Source: Candidatus Omnitrophota bacterium (GTDB taxonomy: Bacteria; Ratteibacteria; UBA8468; MWAK01). Taken from it: a stretch of 63,407 nt of DNA. The notes under the pieces are model-generated. The model did no database searches. It was not told the origin of the DNA and saw only the letters and a list, made by a program, of their open reading frames with translations. A program made the translations under genes and the position numbers. Positions 9,473 through 19,464 of this stretch are shown here, in pieces (the first letter of the stretch is position 1; every line of letters begins with the position of its first letter). The stretch is from the NCBI GenBank assembly GCA_043826355.1, contig JBDRQI010000006.1, forward strand, positions 1 to 63,407, read 5' to 3'.

Positions 9473-10117
9473 TTACCTTAAATACTGTACAATTGCCCTA
9501 CCGATGCTTTTGGCAAATACTTCTTTAATTTTCGAAACTCTGAAATTGGCTTCGATATTAGGATTGGTAATATAGCCAAAGAATACTTCCACAGTTGGGG
9601 TTTGGATATTTTTGTAAATCTCGCTGGGTTTTATGCCCTCATTTGGCACTATATCTTTTATCACTGTATCAGCCATTTCTGCCAAGATAATCTCAGCAAG
9701 TTTTTTGCTTTCCTTACTCCCCTTATCATAACGGACGGAAAATCCACTCGCATCATATCTGCTGGAGGAATTTAATCGCAACCGAACGACCAACGCAGGA
9801 CTGTGGGCTTGAATGAATTTCTCCCTCTCCTTTTCTGATACGACCTCGTCTTTGGTTCGAGTCAAATATACCTTTATAGTGGGATTAGTTTTTTCGAGAT
9901 ATTCCTTTGTTCTAAGAGCAACGTCAAGCGTAACATCCTTTTCCTTAAGGCCCCAACATCCGACAGCTCCGGTTTCCGTTCCGCCAAAGGCGGGATCCAG
10001 AACAACAGAGATTTCCCTTCCTGCCGGTTCTTCTGAATTAACTAAATTGCAAACCATAATTGTCGTCGAAATCAACAAAACCATTCCCGTAAATATTTTA
10101 ATCAGGGGTTTATTCAT
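9473..10117 (-). CDS. Exported N-acetylmuramoyl-L-alanine amidase (Amidase_3) homologue with degenerate zinc ligands
   Basis: VVLDPAFGG (canonical DPGHGG), KEKDVTL, RLRLNS (canonical SIHxN), GYITN; N-terminal signal or TM segment. Confidence 0.8.
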   Translation of the reverse strand: MNKPLIKIFTGMVLLISTTIMVCNLVNSEEPAGREISVVLDPAFGGTETGAVGCWGLKEKDVTLDVALRTKEYLEKTNPTIKVYLTRTKDEVVSEKEREKFIQAHSPALVVRLRLNSSSRYDASGFSVRYDKGSKESKKLAEIILAEMADTVIKDIVPNEGIKPSEIYKNIQTPTVEVFFGYITNPNIEANFRVSKIKEVFAKSIGRAIVQYLR

Positions 10118-10169
10118 AAAAGCCTCCCGTTCTTTTATTATGTTTTCTTCTGCAGATTTTGGCCACCAT

Positions 10170-11669
10170 CTATTCTTCCCAGACGATATCAAAATCACCC
10201 TTCTTTCCTTGCTCGCTAAACTGAGGGATTCCGCTGTCGTCCTTCAGGTTATCCGCAACGCTGTAAACAATAAATCCCTTGCCCTTTTTCCGGTAAACAT
10301 AGTCCTTACCGGTGAATGGGTCCAACGGAAGGACGGGAAGAATTTCCGGGGTGAGTTGGTTAAGGGAATCAACAAACTTGCCGTGCTTCTGTCTGTAGAT
10401 GCGGTTGGCAAGGCCGAGTTCGGCGGCACCTAAATAGGCATCGGTCCGGGCTTCCTGAAGGTATGTGCATGCCGAACTTACAAAGCTGCTATAACAGGTT
10501 AAAAGTGCTTTTTCTTTAGGCGCCTTTTCTATCTCAACCTCTATATTTTTCAGTTCTTGTCTTGTTTCCCAGTACGGCTTTTGCAACAAGGGAAGTGCTT
10601 TAATTAAAATCTTAAGATAAAATAACTCCTGTTCTTTCAGGAAATCATCCACGTTTTTACATTTGCTCTTAAGATAGACTTCTTTGTAAGTTTCCCTCCA
10701 CCATTTTTCTTTTTCTATCATTCTGTCTGTCGGGTAATTTGGAACATTTTTCCATCTTTCTTCCAGTTCTTTTCTGTCTTCCTCCGTAAACTCAAAAGAT
10801 CTTCCGGCTATTTTTCTGAAATTTGAACTTGCGGGTACCCAGAATTCCAGATACTCACTTCTCAGTCCGAAATAGCTTACATTCTGTCTCCTCTCTGCCT
10901 CCATCTCCTTAATCAAAAGGAGATACAATCCCGGCTCTGCCTCTTTTTTATTAATATTCTTTTGCAACTCACCCAAGGCAATGCTATCTATCGCCATTCT
11001 GACAAGTTGGGCAAGAACGGAAGGTTCGTTAGACAGGGATTTTGCTACTTTAAGCCCAGTCAAAATAGCTGCCAATGATTTGTTAAAATCACCGTAATCT
11101 GCTTCTATCTTTGCCTTTTCGGCCAGCATACGGGCAATAAGCCGCAACTTAGAGTAGGGGTCGGGATCAAGTCTGCCAAATTCGTTTCTAACGCCCTTTT
11201 CTGTGTAGAACCGGCACTTCGTGTCAGATGCTTTTCCAAGGAGTTGATACACCCTGGCAAAATCAGGGTTATGAAGAATTAAACCAACAATCTTTTTCTT
11301 CCATTCTTCCGGGTCTCCCCTATCCTCCGGGGAGAGGGAGGGGTGAAGAGGAATTAAATCGGCAATTTCTTTCTTCCATTCTTCCGGGGTCTTTTCCCAA
11401 CCCCCTGATACTCTGCCGTTATAGGGCATATATTCAAATTCCTTGCGGTATTTCTGGACAAGGTCGTCTATGAGTTTAAAGGCCTCTTTATACACTAATG
11501 CGCCGTTTTCGCTGTCCGGGATTTCCGGCAAGTTGAGTTCTTCAAGGGTGGTGGGAACGCCGGCCTGTCTTAATTTCTGAAGTTCTTCGTCCAGAGGAGA
11601 AGCAAAACCCCGGGTGCTTAACAGAAATACGAAACTCAATACCATAAGTACTGCGACTCTTCTATTCAT
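10170..11669 (-). CDS. Exported helical protein with a pseudopilin (GspG-C)-like tail; paralogue of the extracellular part of 15416..17482
   Basis: Signal peptide. PDSENGALVY, NEPSVLAQLVRMAID and LPLDPFTGKDYVY...FIVYSV.D...DD.G are shared with the 688-aa protein. Confidence 0.75.
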   Translation of the reverse strand: MNRRVAVLMVLSFVFLLSTRGFASPLDEELQKLRQAGVPTTLEELNLPEIPDSENGALVYKEAFKLIDDLVQKYRKEFEYMPYNGRVSGGWEKTPEEWKKEIADLIPLHPSLSPEDRGDPEEWKKKIVGLILHNPDFARVYQLLGKASDTKCRFYTEKGVRNEFGRLDPDPYSKLRLIARMLAEKAKIEADYGDFNKSLAAILTGLKVAKSLSNEPSVLAQLVRMAIDSIALGELQKNINKKEAEPGLYLLLIKEMEAERRQNVSYFGLRSEYLEFWVPASSNFRKIAGRSFEFTEEDRKELEERWKNVPNYPTDRMIEKEKWWRETYKEVYLKSKCKNVDDFLKEQELFYLKILIKALPLLQKPYWETRQELKNIEVEIEKAPKEKALLTCYSSFVSSACTYLQEARTDAYLGAAELGLANRIYRQKHGKFVDSLNQLTPEILPVLPLDPFTGKDYVYRKKGKGFIVYSVADNLKDDSGIPQFSEQGKKGDFDIVWEE

Positions 11670-11683
11670 TTTTACCTCAACTC

Positions 11684-13024
11684 TTATTTAACCTCATCAC
11701 CAATGATTCGCTTAATTTCCGCTTCCGTAAATCTGCCTGACAACGTCAAACTGGTTCCGTGAGTAATCGTTTCTTTAATTATCGGAAGACTGATCAATTT
11801 ACCGTCTATAAAAGTAGCGACCCGTTCGTTAAGGTGGTTTGAAGTCAACTCGGCCAATTTCTTTGTGCCTTCATCTGTAAATAACATTGTAAATTGCGGT
11901 AATCCCTGCATTGAAAAGTCTACTTTAATACCCTTGATGTCTGCCTCCGTCAGCTCCGCTTTATCAGAAATGTAAACCTTCTCATTAAAGTCAGGAACAT
12001 CTGTCTGTGTAAAACCAGCTTCAGGAGTATTCTTGACAAGCCGAAACTTTATGCTCACTTTCGGCTTTACGTAATCGGTTGGATATTTAAATGCGTCGGA
12101 AACTTTGGCGTCTGGAGGCAGGATAATCTTCAAATCGTTTTCGGTGAGCCCCAGGTTGTAGGCACAGGAGTCATCATAGGTTTTTGTAGTCTTATCGGAA
12201 ATATAAAAAGTCTTGGTTTTCGGATTCGGGCTGTAATTTACCCATTCATATTTCTTGGGACCCCATAAATCCTTTCCGTATTTCTTGAGTTCTATATTGC
12301 TGCGACCTGATAAATACTTACCTAAGTCTTTTGTCCATTCCAGGCCTGCCGGGACAATCGTATCCTTGCCGGCAGAAAACCAGGTTTCACTTTTGATAAT
12401 GCAGTAATTACGTTCAATATTAAACCAGCTGCGTATAGCCATCTGCCCGCTGTTCCTGTCAATGGTTGTCTCCAGTACATAACACTCATAGCCGTTGACT
12501 TTCTCTTTCCCGATAATTTTGCTGTTCCCCTCTTGCCGAAAAGGAACCGGTTCCCAAGATTCTCCTGACCTCCTGCTCCCGGTAACTAAAAGCCGTGGGT
12601 CCCATTGGTTGGTTTGGCCGATATCTAAAATGTTTGGTTTGCGTAGAACAAAGTTTTTCCAGGAACCTGCGGTGACTCGTTGGCCGTCAAAATAGACTTC
12701 GTTGGTGGTTTGTTGTTCTTCGTTAGCGATTTGTGCCCCTTGGCTATTACTCGGAAGGGGCATTTTCCATCGGTATTTTATCTTCGGATCCGCAAACATC
12801 CAATCAAAGTTCTCTTCGATGGTATATTGAGGAGTTTTCTGGTTATCCGCTGCGAAGTGTTGTCGTATTACTGTACAGCTTCCCTTGCCGTCTTTGATTT
12901 TTGCCCAGTAGGAATTATATCCGTCCTTGATAGCGCTTAATTCATCCGCATGTATCCAGCTGGCCATAAAGAAGATTGTCGTCCATACCAAAAACAATTT
13001 TATTGCGATTTTAGCCAACTTCAT
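11684..13024 (-). CDS. Exported protein: LolA-like N-terminal region plus SecDF P1-head-like C-terminal domain
   Basis: Signal peptide; GKEKVNGYECYVLE; FTDEGTKKLAELTS...FIDGKLISLPII...LSGRFT. Confidence 0.7.
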   Translation of the reverse strand: MKLAKIAIKLFLVWTTIFFMASWIHADELSAIKDGYNSYWAKIKDGKGSCTVIRQHFAADNQKTPQYTIEENFDWMFADPKIKYRWKMPLPSNSQGAQIANEEQQTTNEVYFDGQRVTAGSWKNFVLRKPNILDIGQTNQWDPRLLVTGSRRSGESWEPVPFRQEGNSKIIGKEKVNGYECYVLETTIDRNSGQMAIRSWFNIERNYCIIKSETWFSAGKDTIVPAGLEWTKDLGKYLSGRSNIELKKYGKDLWGPKKYEWVNYSPNPKTKTFYISDKTTKTYDDSCAYNLGLTENDLKIILPPDAKVSDAFKYPTDYVKPKVSIKFRLVKNTPEAGFTQTDVPDFNEKVYISDKAELTEADIKGIKVDFSMQGLPQFTMLFTDEGTKKLAELTSNHLNERVATFIDGKLISLPIIKETITHGTSLTLSGRFTEAEIKRIIGDEVK

Positions 13025-13129
13025 ATCCCTCCTTAATACAACAATAAAGTATACCGATAATTACACCCAGATGTTACCACCCTGCAACCTTCCGGTCAAT
13101 GGTCTGCCATATCACCAAATTCGTGCAGA

Positions 13130-13801
13130 TCAGAACTTTATAGTCCAGTAAGCAAGGAAACCGGCAGGGATGAGCATAAAAATGATGAATCCGGCTATCA
13201 ATGGCGGAATTTGGAGATAATGAAAGAGAAGAGCGATAAATCCTAATGCAGCGGTAACCACAACCGCTACCAACGGAGTTCGTTTCAGTTCGGCCCTGAC
13301 AATATTACGGTCATCTTTAGTCGGTTTTGGCCGAAGTTCCATTTTCATTTCAATGAAATGGATTTGATTCATAACCTTGGGGTCTTCGGGCCGTAGGGAA
13401 AGCGCTTTCTTGTAATACGCCAGCGCCTTATCCTTTTCCCCCAGGCGCAGATGCAGGTCGCCCAAACAGATGTAAGAGCCGGCATATTCCGGTTCTTTTC
13501 GCATGGTTTCTTCCCAGGCCTTTATTTCCTGACGCCTTTGCTCCTCTTCCCTCTTTAATCCGTACTTCTCCTCTAATTCCTCGGTTATCTTTAAGAAAAT
13601 AATGGGCAAAAAAAGGATAAGGAAGAAAACTATAACGGGCATATGCAGCAACCCGGAGGCGACGGAAGCTATCAACAGCAAGATTGCACCCAAAACTATG
13701 TACTGGAGAGTGCTAAGTTCCTTTTCCAGCGCCAGACCAACAATGTACCATACCTGCATTCCTACGATGATTAAAAACCCCACAAATAAAAAGAGAGCCA
13801 T
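13130..13801 (-). CDS. Membrane protein with a TPR repeat
   Basis: TM segments at both ends; LGDLHLRLGEKDKALAYYKKALSLRP TPR. Confidence 0.75.
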   Translation of the reverse strand: MALFLFVGFLIIVGMQVWYIVGLALEKELSTLQYIVLGAILLLIASVASGLLHMPVIVFFLILFLPIIFLKITEELEEKYGLKREEEQRRQEIKAWEETMRKEPEYAGSYICLGDLHLRLGEKDKALAYYKKALSLRPEDPKVMNQIHFIEMKMELRPKPTKDDRNIVRAELKRTPLVAVVVTAALGFIALLFHYLQIPPLIAGFIIFMLIPAGFLAYWTIKF

Positions 13802-13824
13802 TTTACCAATCTATTATAGAGATT

Positions 13825-14496
13825 TCATACCCTAACCTCTTTTCGAGAGAAGATGCGGTAGGCAAGAAAAAAAGCACCTAGAATAACGACTATCCCGGTG
13901 ACTGCCGAAATCGTAGCTGGTTGTAAGTGGAGAACAAATCCGAAAATTCCCCACGCCACCAAGCCAACCGCAACAGCGCTTATTCCTCCCCACAAAAGTG
14001 CAGTTAAGGCATTGTCGAATACAATTGACATAAGAAACGTAATATTATAAAGCGCAACCGCCCCAAAAAGAGACTGCGATAACCTTTTGCAAACAATCCA
14101 TAAATATGATGGGTATAGACCACCGCGGAAATCGAAATTTGCGTCTTTAAAATTTGCCAGACGACCAAAACCATTTGTTTGGTAGATCATTATTTCAATT
14201 GCGAGCGCAACAACCAAAAGAACGAGAATATTTAGAGCGCCGATTAACCATTTATCCAAAAAAATTGTTTTTCGCGCCACCGGAACAGAAAGAAGGAATT
14301 CAAGCGTACTCTTTTCATTGGAAAATGACCACGCTCCAAAATAGCCGGCAAGAATAAGGATCGCGTAAGATACAAGAATCGCGCCTGGCGCCACGTCAAA
14401 AAATAGTGTTACAAACGAAAGTACCGCAACAATCAAAACACCGACTAACAGATTTGCCCTGCCTTCCCGCCATTCTTTCCAGAATAGGGACCTCAT
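13825..14496 (-). CDS. ABC-2 type permease
   Basis: WKEWRE start; FSNEKSTLEFLLSVPV motif; ~6 TM. Confidence 0.85.
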   Translation of the reverse strand: MRSLFWKEWREGRANLLVGVLIVAVLSFVTLFFDVAPGAILVSYAILILAGYFGAWSFSNEKSTLEFLLSVPVARKTIFLDKWLIGALNILVLLVVALAIEIMIYQTNGFGRLANFKDANFDFRGGLYPSYLWIVCKRLSQSLFGAVALYNITFLMSIVFDNALTALLWGGISAVAVGLVAWGIFGFVLHLQPATISAVTGIVVILGAFFLAYRIFSRKEVRV

Positions 14497-15389
14497 ACCA
14501 GTGCCTCCTTGCCCACCAGGGAAACGAAGATATCTTCAAGGTTCAAGTCCAACACTTCGGTGCTCTTTGGATTAAACCGGGCAAGCGATTTCACAGCGTC
14601 AGGAGTATAGTCTTTGACGGTCAGGACCAGTTCATGGCCAATCAATTCCTTTTTAAGCAGACCGGGCAAGGAAACGTCATCAGGTACCTTATTTTCAAAA
14701 ATAAGCCGAATCTGTTTGACCGAGTCTTTAAGTTTATCCAGCGGTTGAGACAACAGGAGTTTTCCTTCTTCCAAAACCCCCGCATAATCAGCTATCTGCT
14801 CGGCCTCGGTAATGATGTGAGTGGAGAAGAAGACAGTCTTTGCTTCCTGGTGAATAATCTCGATAATCCCCTGCAGGAATTCCCGCCTGACCACCGGGTC
14901 TAAACCAGACGTCGGGTCATCAAGGATTAAGAGTTCCGGCTGATGGGCAAGAGCAAGCAGAAGGGCCACCTTGCAGTTCATTCCACGGGAGAGTTCCTTA
15001 ATCTTGGCTCTCTTTGGCAGTTCAAAACGCTTGAGCAAGTCTTCAGCCAAATTACTATTCCAGGTAGAATAGAAAGGCCGGCAGAAGTCAATAGTCTCCT
15101 GGATGGTCATCCAGTCGTACATCTTCTGGTTATCGGCCACATAGCCTACCCGCTTCTTAATGGGAACAGGGTTCTTGTCGGGGTTAAGCCCCAGAACCTC
15201 TGCTTTTCCAGCGGTCTTTTGAAGGAGGCCTAAGAGCATTCGGATGGTCGTTGTCTTTCCGGCGCCGTTCCTGCCCAGAAAGACATAGACGGAACCTTTA
15301 GGAACCTTCAGGTCTAAAGATTTTACCGCTTCGTTACGGCGGGTGTACCTTTTGGTCAGACCCTGAGTTTCAATTACGTACTCTACCAT
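14493..15389 (-). CDS. ABC transporter ATP-binding protein (YtrB-like)
   Basis: Walker A GRNGAGKTT, signature LSRGM, Walker B LILDD. Confidence 0.95.
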   Translation of the reverse strand: MVEYVIETQGLTKRYTRRNEAVKSLDLKVPKGSVYVFLGRNGAGKTTTIRMLLGLLQKTAGKAEVLGLNPDKNPVPIKKRVGYVADNQKMYDWMTIQETIDFCRPFYSTWNSNLAEDLLKRFELPKRAKIKELSRGMNCKVALLLALAHQPELLILDDPTSGLDPVVRREFLQGIIEIIHQEAKTVFFSTHIITEAEQIADYAGVLEEGKLLLSQPLDKLKDSVKQIRLIFENKVPDDVSLPGLLKKELIGHELVLTVKDYTPDAVKSLARFNPKSTEVLDLNLEDIFVSLVGKEALV

Positions 15390-15415
15390 CTGTCTCCTCC
15401 CTTTGATTTATATTT

Positions 15416-17482
15416 TCAGTTCGAAACTTTCCAAGCAATATCGTCATACTTACCCAATTGCTTTTGGTCGTAAACACCGTTATCATCGTGTTCATTTCGA
15501 CCAATGCTGTAAAGGATGAAACCCCTGCCTTCTTTCCGGTAGATATAATCTTTGCCGGTAAAGGGATCAAGAGGAAGTTGCGAGATAACTTCCGGAAAAA
15601 GGGATATCAGCATATCCGGGTAATATCCGTGCTTTTGTTTGTAGATTTTTAAGGCAAGGGCGAGTTTGAAAGTGTCCAAAATAGCATTGTATCGAGCTTG
15701 CTGAGTAAGGACTCTACTTAAAGCCGGTAGCGTCATTGAACTTATAGGGTGCTTCGGTTTTGTAAAAATTGTATCTAAAGGTTTGCTCTCCCATTTGGAA
15801 ATTTCGTTCTTTACTGAAAAATAAGGCTTTTGGGATAATTCCATTAAAGTTGAAAATGATTGGATATAAAAAATGTAATCTTCTTTTAGAATTGGCCGTC
15901 CCAGGTAACTGCCATATAATTTCCAATAAAACCACGGAGTACCGGAAGATTCGTAACTCATAAAATCTGCAAAATCGGTTATCTTCTTTCCGGTACTAAA
16001 TCTTGCATTAATATCATCAAAATCAATATCTATTTCCCCTAAAGCGAACCTGAAGCTATACGACCCGATAAGCGGAGGTACTCCTTCCAGACCTTTCGCC
16101 ACATATTTATCCTTCTTGTCTATTTCGGAGATAATGTTTTGGTAATCCTTGATAGAAATTGCATAACTGAAATTATCAAACAGTGGTTGGAAAGATTCTG
16201 TTGTAATTTGATCCATCGCTATTCGAACAAGCTGTGAAATGAGAATTGGTTCGTTGGCAAGGGAGTCGCCTATCAGAAGTCCTGTCTTGGCTGATTCCAA
16301 TGATTCTTTGTATCTTCCTTGATAAATTAAAATGTATGTTCGGGCTGCAGTTAATTTTGCCAACCTGCGCATTTTGGCAAGGTGAGGAAGAAGCATTGCC
16401 GGACCCTCTTCATACTTAAGGTCAAAACGGCAAGAGGGAAGATTGACGGCTCTTTCTATTAAGGCATAGAGATTAATAAATTCCTGGTCTTTCATAATTT
16501 TACTGATTGTGTTTTTTTGTGCCGGAGTTAGATTTTCTATTGGGATTTTACCCTCATAGGGCATATATTCCCTTTCCTTTTTGTATTTGGCAGCTAACCT
16601 GTCGGCGAAATCGAATGCCCGCTGGTAAATCACGGCGGCATTGTCTTTATCCGGAACCGGAGACGGGATTATTTCCTGGAGTGTCAGTTTAATACCTTCT
16701 GCCTTTGCCTGCTGGATGGTCTTGTTTAATTTCTGAGTAGCCGCGAGGTTTGCGATGGCGTGAATGGCAAAAGAAACAAGTAAAACAGCAATGGCGGTGC
16801 TGAAAATTATCTTGACAGGAGATACGTCTTTAACGATAGCTTTCTGCCAGGTCAAGAAACTGAAGATAACAAAGACGACCGCCAGAACAGAGATGGTAGA
16901 AAGTGCAAATATAAACACGGAAGAAGACACTAAAAACAGAACAACCGCCAAAGGCGAAATAAGTAAGATACCGAATAATAAAATAAAGGGCGTACAAATT
17001 ATTGCCGGGAGGCTGTTTTTAAGCAAAAGAGAACTAAAGCAGGCGGCAGAGTAAAGACCAATTATAAAAAAAATATAATATACCAAGTTCACGTGGTATC
17101 CCACTGCCGGCAAAAGAGACGTTCCTTTGAATGGAAGAATAAAGAAAAGAAAAAGCATAACAAGAATAAGCGCAAAGAAAATAACCAAACCGGAAAAGAA
17201 CTTGGTCCAAAACAATCTTTTGGAGGTTACAGGCTGGCTCAAAAGAAAAGATTTAGTGTTCTTTATAAATTCATTAGTAAACAAAGTTGCACCCAGAAAC
17301 AGAGAAAAAAGAATGGGGAAGATAATTGTATTAAAAATCAAGACATACAATTCATACGTCGAGGAGTCCATCTTTCTTTCGGGAAGGAAATAAGGAACAA
17401 GGCGGCTCAGAATAATGATCCCAACCGCCAAAAAGAAAAATAACCGCTGTTCCCGCCATTCTTTCCAGATCAGGGTCTTCAT
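15416..17482 (-). CDS. ABC-2 permease fused to a large extracellular domain with a GspG-C-like tail
   Basis: WKEWRE start and ~7 TM segments, then a domain ending LPLDPFTGKDYIY...YSIG.NE.DD.G. Confidence 0.8.
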   Translation of the reverse strand: MKTLIWKEWREQRLFFFLAVGIIILSRLVPYFLPERKMDSSTYELYVLIFNTIIFPILFSLFLGATLFTNEFIKNTKSFLLSQPVTSKRLFWTKFFSGLVIFFALILVMLFLFFILPFKGTSLLPAVGYHVNLVYYIFFIIGLYSAACFSSLLLKNSLPAIICTPFILLFGILLISPLAVVLFLVSSSVFIFALSTISVLAVVFVIFSFLTWQKAIVKDVSPVKIIFSTAIAVLLVSFAIHAIANLAATQKLNKTIQQAKAEGIKLTLQEIIPSPVPDKDNAAVIYQRAFDFADRLAAKYKKEREYMPYEGKIPIENLTPAQKNTISKIMKDQEFINLYALIERAVNLPSCRFDLKYEEGPAMLLPHLAKMRRLAKLTAARTYILIYQGRYKESLESAKTGLLIGDSLANEPILISQLVRIAMDQITTESFQPLFDNFSYAISIKDYQNIISEIDKKDKYVAKGLEGVPPLIGSYSFRFALGEIDIDFDDINARFSTGKKITDFADFMSYESSGTPWFYWKLYGSYLGRPILKEDYIFYIQSFSTLMELSQKPYFSVKNEISKWESKPLDTIFTKPKHPISSMTLPALSRVLTQQARYNAILDTFKLALALKIYKQKHGYYPDMLISLFPEVISQLPLDPFTGKDYIYRKEGRGFILYSIGRNEHDDNGVYDQKQLGKYDDIAWKVSN

Positions 17483-17862
17483 TTTTCCCTCGCTTCTTTA
17501 AGTTGATTGGTGAAGATTTGGATGATTTCTTCTTTGCTGAGGCCGAGACTGGTGGCCTGGTGAATCGCCTGGTCCAGCGCCTCGGTAATAATCTTCTTCT
17601 TTTCCGATTCGGCGATTTTCGCTACTTCTTCCGAGATAAAGGTGCCTTCGCCCCACTTGCTGGTGATAATCTTCTCGTGACGCAGTTCATGATATGCCCG
17701 GGCAACGGTATTGGGATTTATCCGCAGTTGCATGGCAAGGTCCCGCACAGGTGGCAGTTGGTCTCCTGCTTTTAGGGCTCCGCAGGCAACCAGGTACTTA
17801 AGCTGCTTTATGATTTGCAGGTAGAGCGGTATGCCGCTGTCCGGATTTACTTTAATATACAT
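17479..17862 (-). CDS. ytrA: GntR-family regulator, YtrA subfamily
   Basis: PLYLQI...LPPVRDLA..L.INPNTVARAY..L...GEGTFI; 127 aa; heads the ABC operon. Confidence 0.9.
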   Translation of the reverse strand: MYIKVNPDSGIPLYLQIIKQLKYLVACGALKAGDQLPPVRDLAMQLRINPNTVARAYHELRHEKIITSKWGEGTFISEEVAKIAESEKKKIITEALDQAIHQATSLGLSKEEIIQIFTNQLKEAREK

Positions 17863-17874
17863 AGAATTGGGTTG

Positions 17875-17923
17875 ATGTATTATATCTTTGATACATTATA
17901 CCGGGAGATTTTTACTTTGTCAA
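17875..17923 (-). promoter_or_regulatory. Consensus sigma70 promoter with overlapping YtrA-type operator
   Basis: TTGACA (17923-17918), 17 bp, TATAAT (17900-17895); dyad ATGTAT-N10-ATACAT at 17875-17896. Confidence 0.85.
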
Positions 17924-18133
17924 GAGGTGGTGTTCTGATGGGTTAATTAAAACGGGATGATGGGGTATTTTCCGGGAAGGTTTCTTGTTGTTGGCAAGGG
18001 AAACATATCAACTAAAAACGAACGATTTCATTACCGCAATGCGGCTACCGGAAACCTTATTTTTGGGTATTCGTAACCGTCTATTTTAATTCCAAAACTA
18101 CCTTTTCGGTATATTCCATCAGAGAGGCATCCA

Positions 18134-18214
18134 ATGACCTACGGTTACATCCGGGTTTCAACCGGCAAGCAGGAGCAGAAGAACCAGGTGTGTCCAGTCG
18201 GAACACAAATGTAA
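18134..18214 (+). pseudogene. N-terminal remnant of a serine resolvase/invertase
   Basis: Translates to MTYGYIRVSTGKQEQKNQ (catalytic Y.RVS motif) and stops after 26 codons; upstream RBS-like GAGG. Confidence 0.75.
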
Positions 18215-18337
18215 CTTCGGTGATCGAGTAGTTGCTTCTGGAGGTTTTTCTCTTCGCTGTGGGAAAAGCGCCTCTGTTTCTATTCGCTTGTCCTGCTTCT
18301 TCTAAAGGTCTATCTATATTGACAATACACATTGCAC

Positions 18338-18366
18338 TTGACAATTGATTATGACCGGGGTATAAT
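18338..18366 (+). promoter_or_regulatory. Consensus sigma70 promoter of the MerR-like gene
   Basis: TTGACA, 17 bp, TATAAT. Confidence 0.85.
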
Positions 18367-18386
18367 TATAGTAAATCAAAATAAAA

Positions 18387-19106
18387 ATGAATAAACCTAT
18401 GGAAAAGAATCCAGAAGAACTTCTGCCACTTCCGATGTTTCTCAGGGAGTTACGGACGGATTATCATATTGAAATGAATCGCCGTACACTTCAGTCGTAT
18501 TACTCGACCTACGATGGGCTGTTGCCAAAACCAACCTACAAAGACGGTCATACCGCACACCTAAAGAGGAAGGAGCTCCTCCGAGCCAGGCTGATAGCGT
18601 TTCTCCGAAAGAATGGGTGGAGTCTCTCCGAGATACGGAAACTGTTAGACAACCTTCCAAATATAGACGCGATTAGCCGTATCGTAAACGAAGTCAAGAC
18701 CGTAAGTAAAGTCGATTGGCTTCTCTCTGAAATCGCCAAAACCACTCCTTCTGCAACTGGTATGCACCCAGAATTCAAGACCCTTATTGAGGCTTTTCTC
18801 GATCGTCTGGGCGGGAGACTCGAAGGTGTTTATAATACCGGCGCCCAATCCGGAAAAGAACCTCAGGGGGTCATTGATTCTGCGCGTGCGGAGGTTCAAA
18901 GGCAGCGAGAAGAGTTCTTTGGCAGGCTGGATTTGATTAAAGAAGAGGTCAACAGCCAGGAATTTGAGGATCGAATTAATGGGCTTCTCAAGGAATTTCG
19001 GGACAAGTTAAAACGACACGATACAACCACAAAGGACTGGGTCAAAGATTGGATTAAGAACAGATTCTCGACGATTGTTTTTAATGTTATATTCAGGTTA
19101 GGGTAA
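18387..19106 (+). CDS. MerR-like HTH regulator of the element
   Basis: RRTLQSY...GLLPKP...LIAFLRKNGWSLSEIR. Confidence 0.7.
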   Translation: MNKPMEKNPEELLPLPMFLRELRTDYHIEMNRRTLQSYYSTYDGLLPKPTYKDGHTAHLKRKELLRARLIAFLRKNGWSLSEIRKLLDNLPNIDAISRIVNEVKTVSKVDWLLSEIAKTTPSATGMHPEFKTLIEAFLDRLGGRLEGVYNTGAQSGKEPQGVIDSARAEVQRQREEFFGRLDLIKEEVNSQEFEDRINGLLKEFRDKLKRHDTTTKDWVKDWIKNRFSTIVFNVIFRLG

Positions 19107-19193
19107 TATTTTTTTAGAATAAATAGACATTAACTATGTGTATTGCGTATTAGTATGTTTTTTAGTACTGACTACACGGTGGAGGAGCAGAGT

Positions 19194-19445
19194 ATGGAAA
19201 TAACCAAAGAAAACGACAACCGATACGTTACAAAAGATCTTTTTGAATCCGCGTGTCTCTTCGCCAAAGGAAGAAAGCTTGTCGGGTTGGAGTCGACAGG
19301 CAGCCACTATCTTTTTGTCTTTGCCGGCAAAAAGGCCTGCGAAAAGATCGCCCTGGAATATTGCAATGGAGATTGCTCCGTGAACGCAAGAGGCATGGCC
19401 GACGCGGTCCGGAGGCTGAAAGACCTGCTCTTTTCGAAGAAATAG
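19194..19445 (+). CDS. Small phage/IME protein (DUF5659-like)
   Basis: TKDLFESACLFAKGRKL...LFVF pattern; RBS GGAGGAG. Confidence 0.6.
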   Translation: MEITKENDNRYVTKDLFESACLFAKGRKLVGLESTGSHYLFVFAGKKACEKIALEYCNGDCSVNARGMADAVRRLKDLLFSKK

Positions 19446-19464
19446 GTTCCGGAAAACACAGGAA

